64,000 bases of DNA from Penicillus capitatus (taxonomy: Eukaryota > Plantae > Chlorophyta). Positions 61,726 to 64,000 of the stretch are shown piece after piece. A program made the translations under genes and the position numbers. Position 1 is the stretch's first letter. Each line of letters starts with the position of its first letter. The notes below the pieces were generated by a model. The model saw only the letters and a list, made by a program, of their open reading frames with translations, made no database searches and was not told the origin of the DNA. Where the stretch lies: contig OZ287712.1 of NCBI GenBank assembly GCA_965649825.1, forward strand, positions 248,001 to 312,000. The letters are read 5' to 3'.

Positions 61726-63386
61726 ATGGATTCTGCCGAGTACTCGGGTCTACGTCAGTTCCTTCTCAGTCAGAAGCCTCGGAAGGACAGAGTCCATCGA
61801 GAGGTACCGACCAACGCCTCGCGTTCTCTTCCTGCATTTCACGGTCTGTCGACGTCAGTTATGGGAGTCCAACGGCGCCACGTACAGCGCCTACCGAAAA
61901 TACCTACAGTCCGTCAAGGCACCGTTCGCCTATCGCATTTCACTCTTTCCCGTGCAGTCACGTGCGGGAGTTCGGTTTTCCAGATGAGAAGGAACTTCAA
62001 AGTCCTTCCCTGGCATTGGCCTCGCGTCAGCAGACCTTCCCCTTTCAGCAGAGTCCGCCACAACCGTCCGAGGCATTCTCAGGTGTCATCATCCCTTCCA
62101 GCCTCCCATCCTCTCATCGATGCTCACAACAGGCGTCCACGCCATCATCGATGGCTGCGATTCTGCCATCTCTGCCATGTGTTATGGATGTCTCTCGACG
62201 ACCCAGGTGGCGTTTGGCACGATGGAAGGCAGCGTCTGGCTCCTGCACCTGCATCAGAGTGGATTCGAGCTCAAAAAGGTCGCCCAGATGCAAAGGCCCT
62301 TCGAGATGTGTGATATCCTGCTTAGCTGCTGAGTCACGATGCCGAGATTCGTGGTGTGGATTGGTCACGAGACAACAGTCTCTTGCTGAGCTGCTCCATC
62401 AATGGCTGCGTTTGCTTGACACATGTCGAACAGGCACATGTCTGTCGAAAATGGATTGCCAACACACGTACCACGTGTTGCAAGTGTGACCTCTGTATTG
62501 CACACACTGATGAAGATCTCACTCTTTCTAGGTTCCACCCATTGAATCAGAACATGGTGATCGTGGGCGGCGGCGGCAGTATCTATGTCTTCAACTGCAG
62601 CACAGGAGCACAGGTGCAGTGCCTGACGCCTATTCCAGCCCCCACGACCTACATCACAGGTCTCACTCTTTGTATCTCACTCTTTTCATGAGGTCGGCGC
62701 AGAGATGGTGTGTACGGGGTCTTATATGTTTGTGGGGGACTCTGTTGGAGTGCTGCGTGTGTTTCGGCTAAAATTCGAGAAGAATCTGCTGCAGCTCTGT
62801 TCACTGGGCAGTCCCTTTCCTCATCCCTTTAACACCGCCGCCGCTGTCGCCGGCATCGACACCCGAAGCTACAGCAACACGTGCAAAGGCCAGGCGGCAG
62901 TCGTCTCGTACGAAGATGCCACGCTTGGCGTCTACAAAATTGGCATCTCTGTGACTCCCTTCCCAACACCGTCGGCAATTCGACATATCCTGTGTTTTTA
63001 GGTCCATCCCAGAGTCGAGCTCTTCAGTCAGTTGGAGATGGGTCCCATCGATCGTCGAGTCAAGGCGGTTTGGTGTCCAGCAATGGACATCGATCAGCCA
63101 GAACACATCGCCATAGGAGGAGAGCACGCCAATGTGCATATCTACAACCTCACTTCACAAGGCCCACTCCTCCTCGTCAACGCTCTCTCCGTACACACTA
63201 CCTTTCTCACTCTTTCACACCCCTTGCATCTCACTCTTGTGTTGTCTCCAGGCACATGAAGCCCCCGTTATGCGTGTTTGCTGGAGCTACGATGGCCACA
63301 GTTTTATTTCGGGCGATGAAAGTGGGACACTGATTGTGTGGAAGCCCAAGTCTAAGGGCAATGCGATGCACCGTTCGTACGGCTAA
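61726..63386 (+). CDS. WD40-repeat protein (WDR13-like), multi-exon
   Basis: DWSRDNSLLLSCS, FHPLNQN and AHEAPVMRVCWSYDGHSFISGDESGTLIVWK. Confidence 0.8.
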
Positions 63387-63563
63387 TGTCTGCATGACGG
63401 CGTCTGTTCCATCTTGTTTGTTCGTGCGTTGTGCGCGCGTACGTATGCACGCTTCATTTGTACGGTGCCATTCAGTCAGTTAAGAGAGTTTCTTTCAGCT
63501 TTGTTCAGCAACGAGCCTTGCACAGACCGCGCGCACTTTTGAATTAGCGCCCCCGTTCCTTCA

Positions 63564-64000
63564 ATGTCGTCAAATCAAGGCGTCGCCGCGTCCACAGCAG
63601 CCGACTTAGAAGTCGGTGGTCATGAAGACTATTCGTTCACTTTTTCCGAAGCGTCTTTAGCCACAGCCGGCAATTCTTTTTTCGTAGAGCCCTCTCCCCG
63701 AGAAGGCGAGACGTCGACGGACGACGTTAAAATCGCGTTAAAATTCCTCCTTACGAATGTCGCCGCGGGGATCGTTATTGGGAAGGCCGGAACAAACATA
63801 ACGCTTTTGCAGGAAGCATCTGGAGCACGCATCCAGCTCTCACGCAATAATGTCTTCTATCCAGGGACGGCAGAACGCGTTCTTCTGCTCACGGGCAGCG
63901 TTCGAAGCGTCCTGGTCGCGCTCTATCTTATCCTAGTCAAACTCACTGGGCGCACAAAATGGCAAGCAGCCAAGTTGGGAGATGGAAGCGGTGGCGAAGA
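63564..64000 (+). CDS. KH-domain RNA-binding protein (BTR1/Nova-like), truncated by the window edge
   Basis: ATG 63564; LKFLLTNVAAGIVIGKAGTNITLLQEASGARIQLSRNNVFYPGTAERVLLLTG. Confidence 0.85.
   Translation, partial: MSSNQGVAASTAADLEVGGHEDYSFTFSEASLATAGNSFFVEPSPREGETSTDDVKIALKFLLTNVAAGIVIGKAGTNITLLQEASGARIQLSRNNVFYPGTAERVLLLTGSVRSVLVALYLILVKLTGRTKWQAAKLGDGSGGE

Overview
Eukaryotic nuclear DNA from a green alga. Evidence: PsbP with a transit peptide, other plant/chlorophyte-type genes and short (~45-60 bp) spliceosomal introns; a siphonous/ulvophyte host is only my inference. Left half (1-35.6 kb): a diverged tandem duplication with ~23 kb period. Each unit carries a decayed repeat segment, a ~6.3 kb gene for a large beta-helix (GGA[I/V]/FxxN) surface protein with a multi-pass TM tail, and a small secreted Pro/Ser-rich protein. 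Inside unit 2 lies a ~6 kb block of prokaryotic-looking DNA (~19.5-25.5 kb). It contains (i) a frameshifted, Shine-Dalgarno-led phage-like lysis cassette (DUF261-like papain-fold peptidase, holin-like, spanin-like and XhlA-like ORFs), (ii) a 33-bp tandem array, (iii) a probable FkbM methyltransferase fragment and (iv) a complete IS5-family element. The IS5 transposase is interrupted by two TG...CA inserts with perfect 5-bp target-site duplications (solo-LTR-like); removing them restores the reading frame at both sites. This is the best evidence that the bacterial DNA really resides in the algal chromosome. Right half: compact housekeeping genes (D-cysteine desulfhydrase, PsbP, RRP8, bromodomain protein, BASS transporter, GPX, F-box/FBA, WDR13-like, KH protein), a third copy of the repeat segment, and two intronless paralogues with an XPA-like Zn-finger/helical N-terminus. 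Family assignments are from motif recognition only; no database searches were run.
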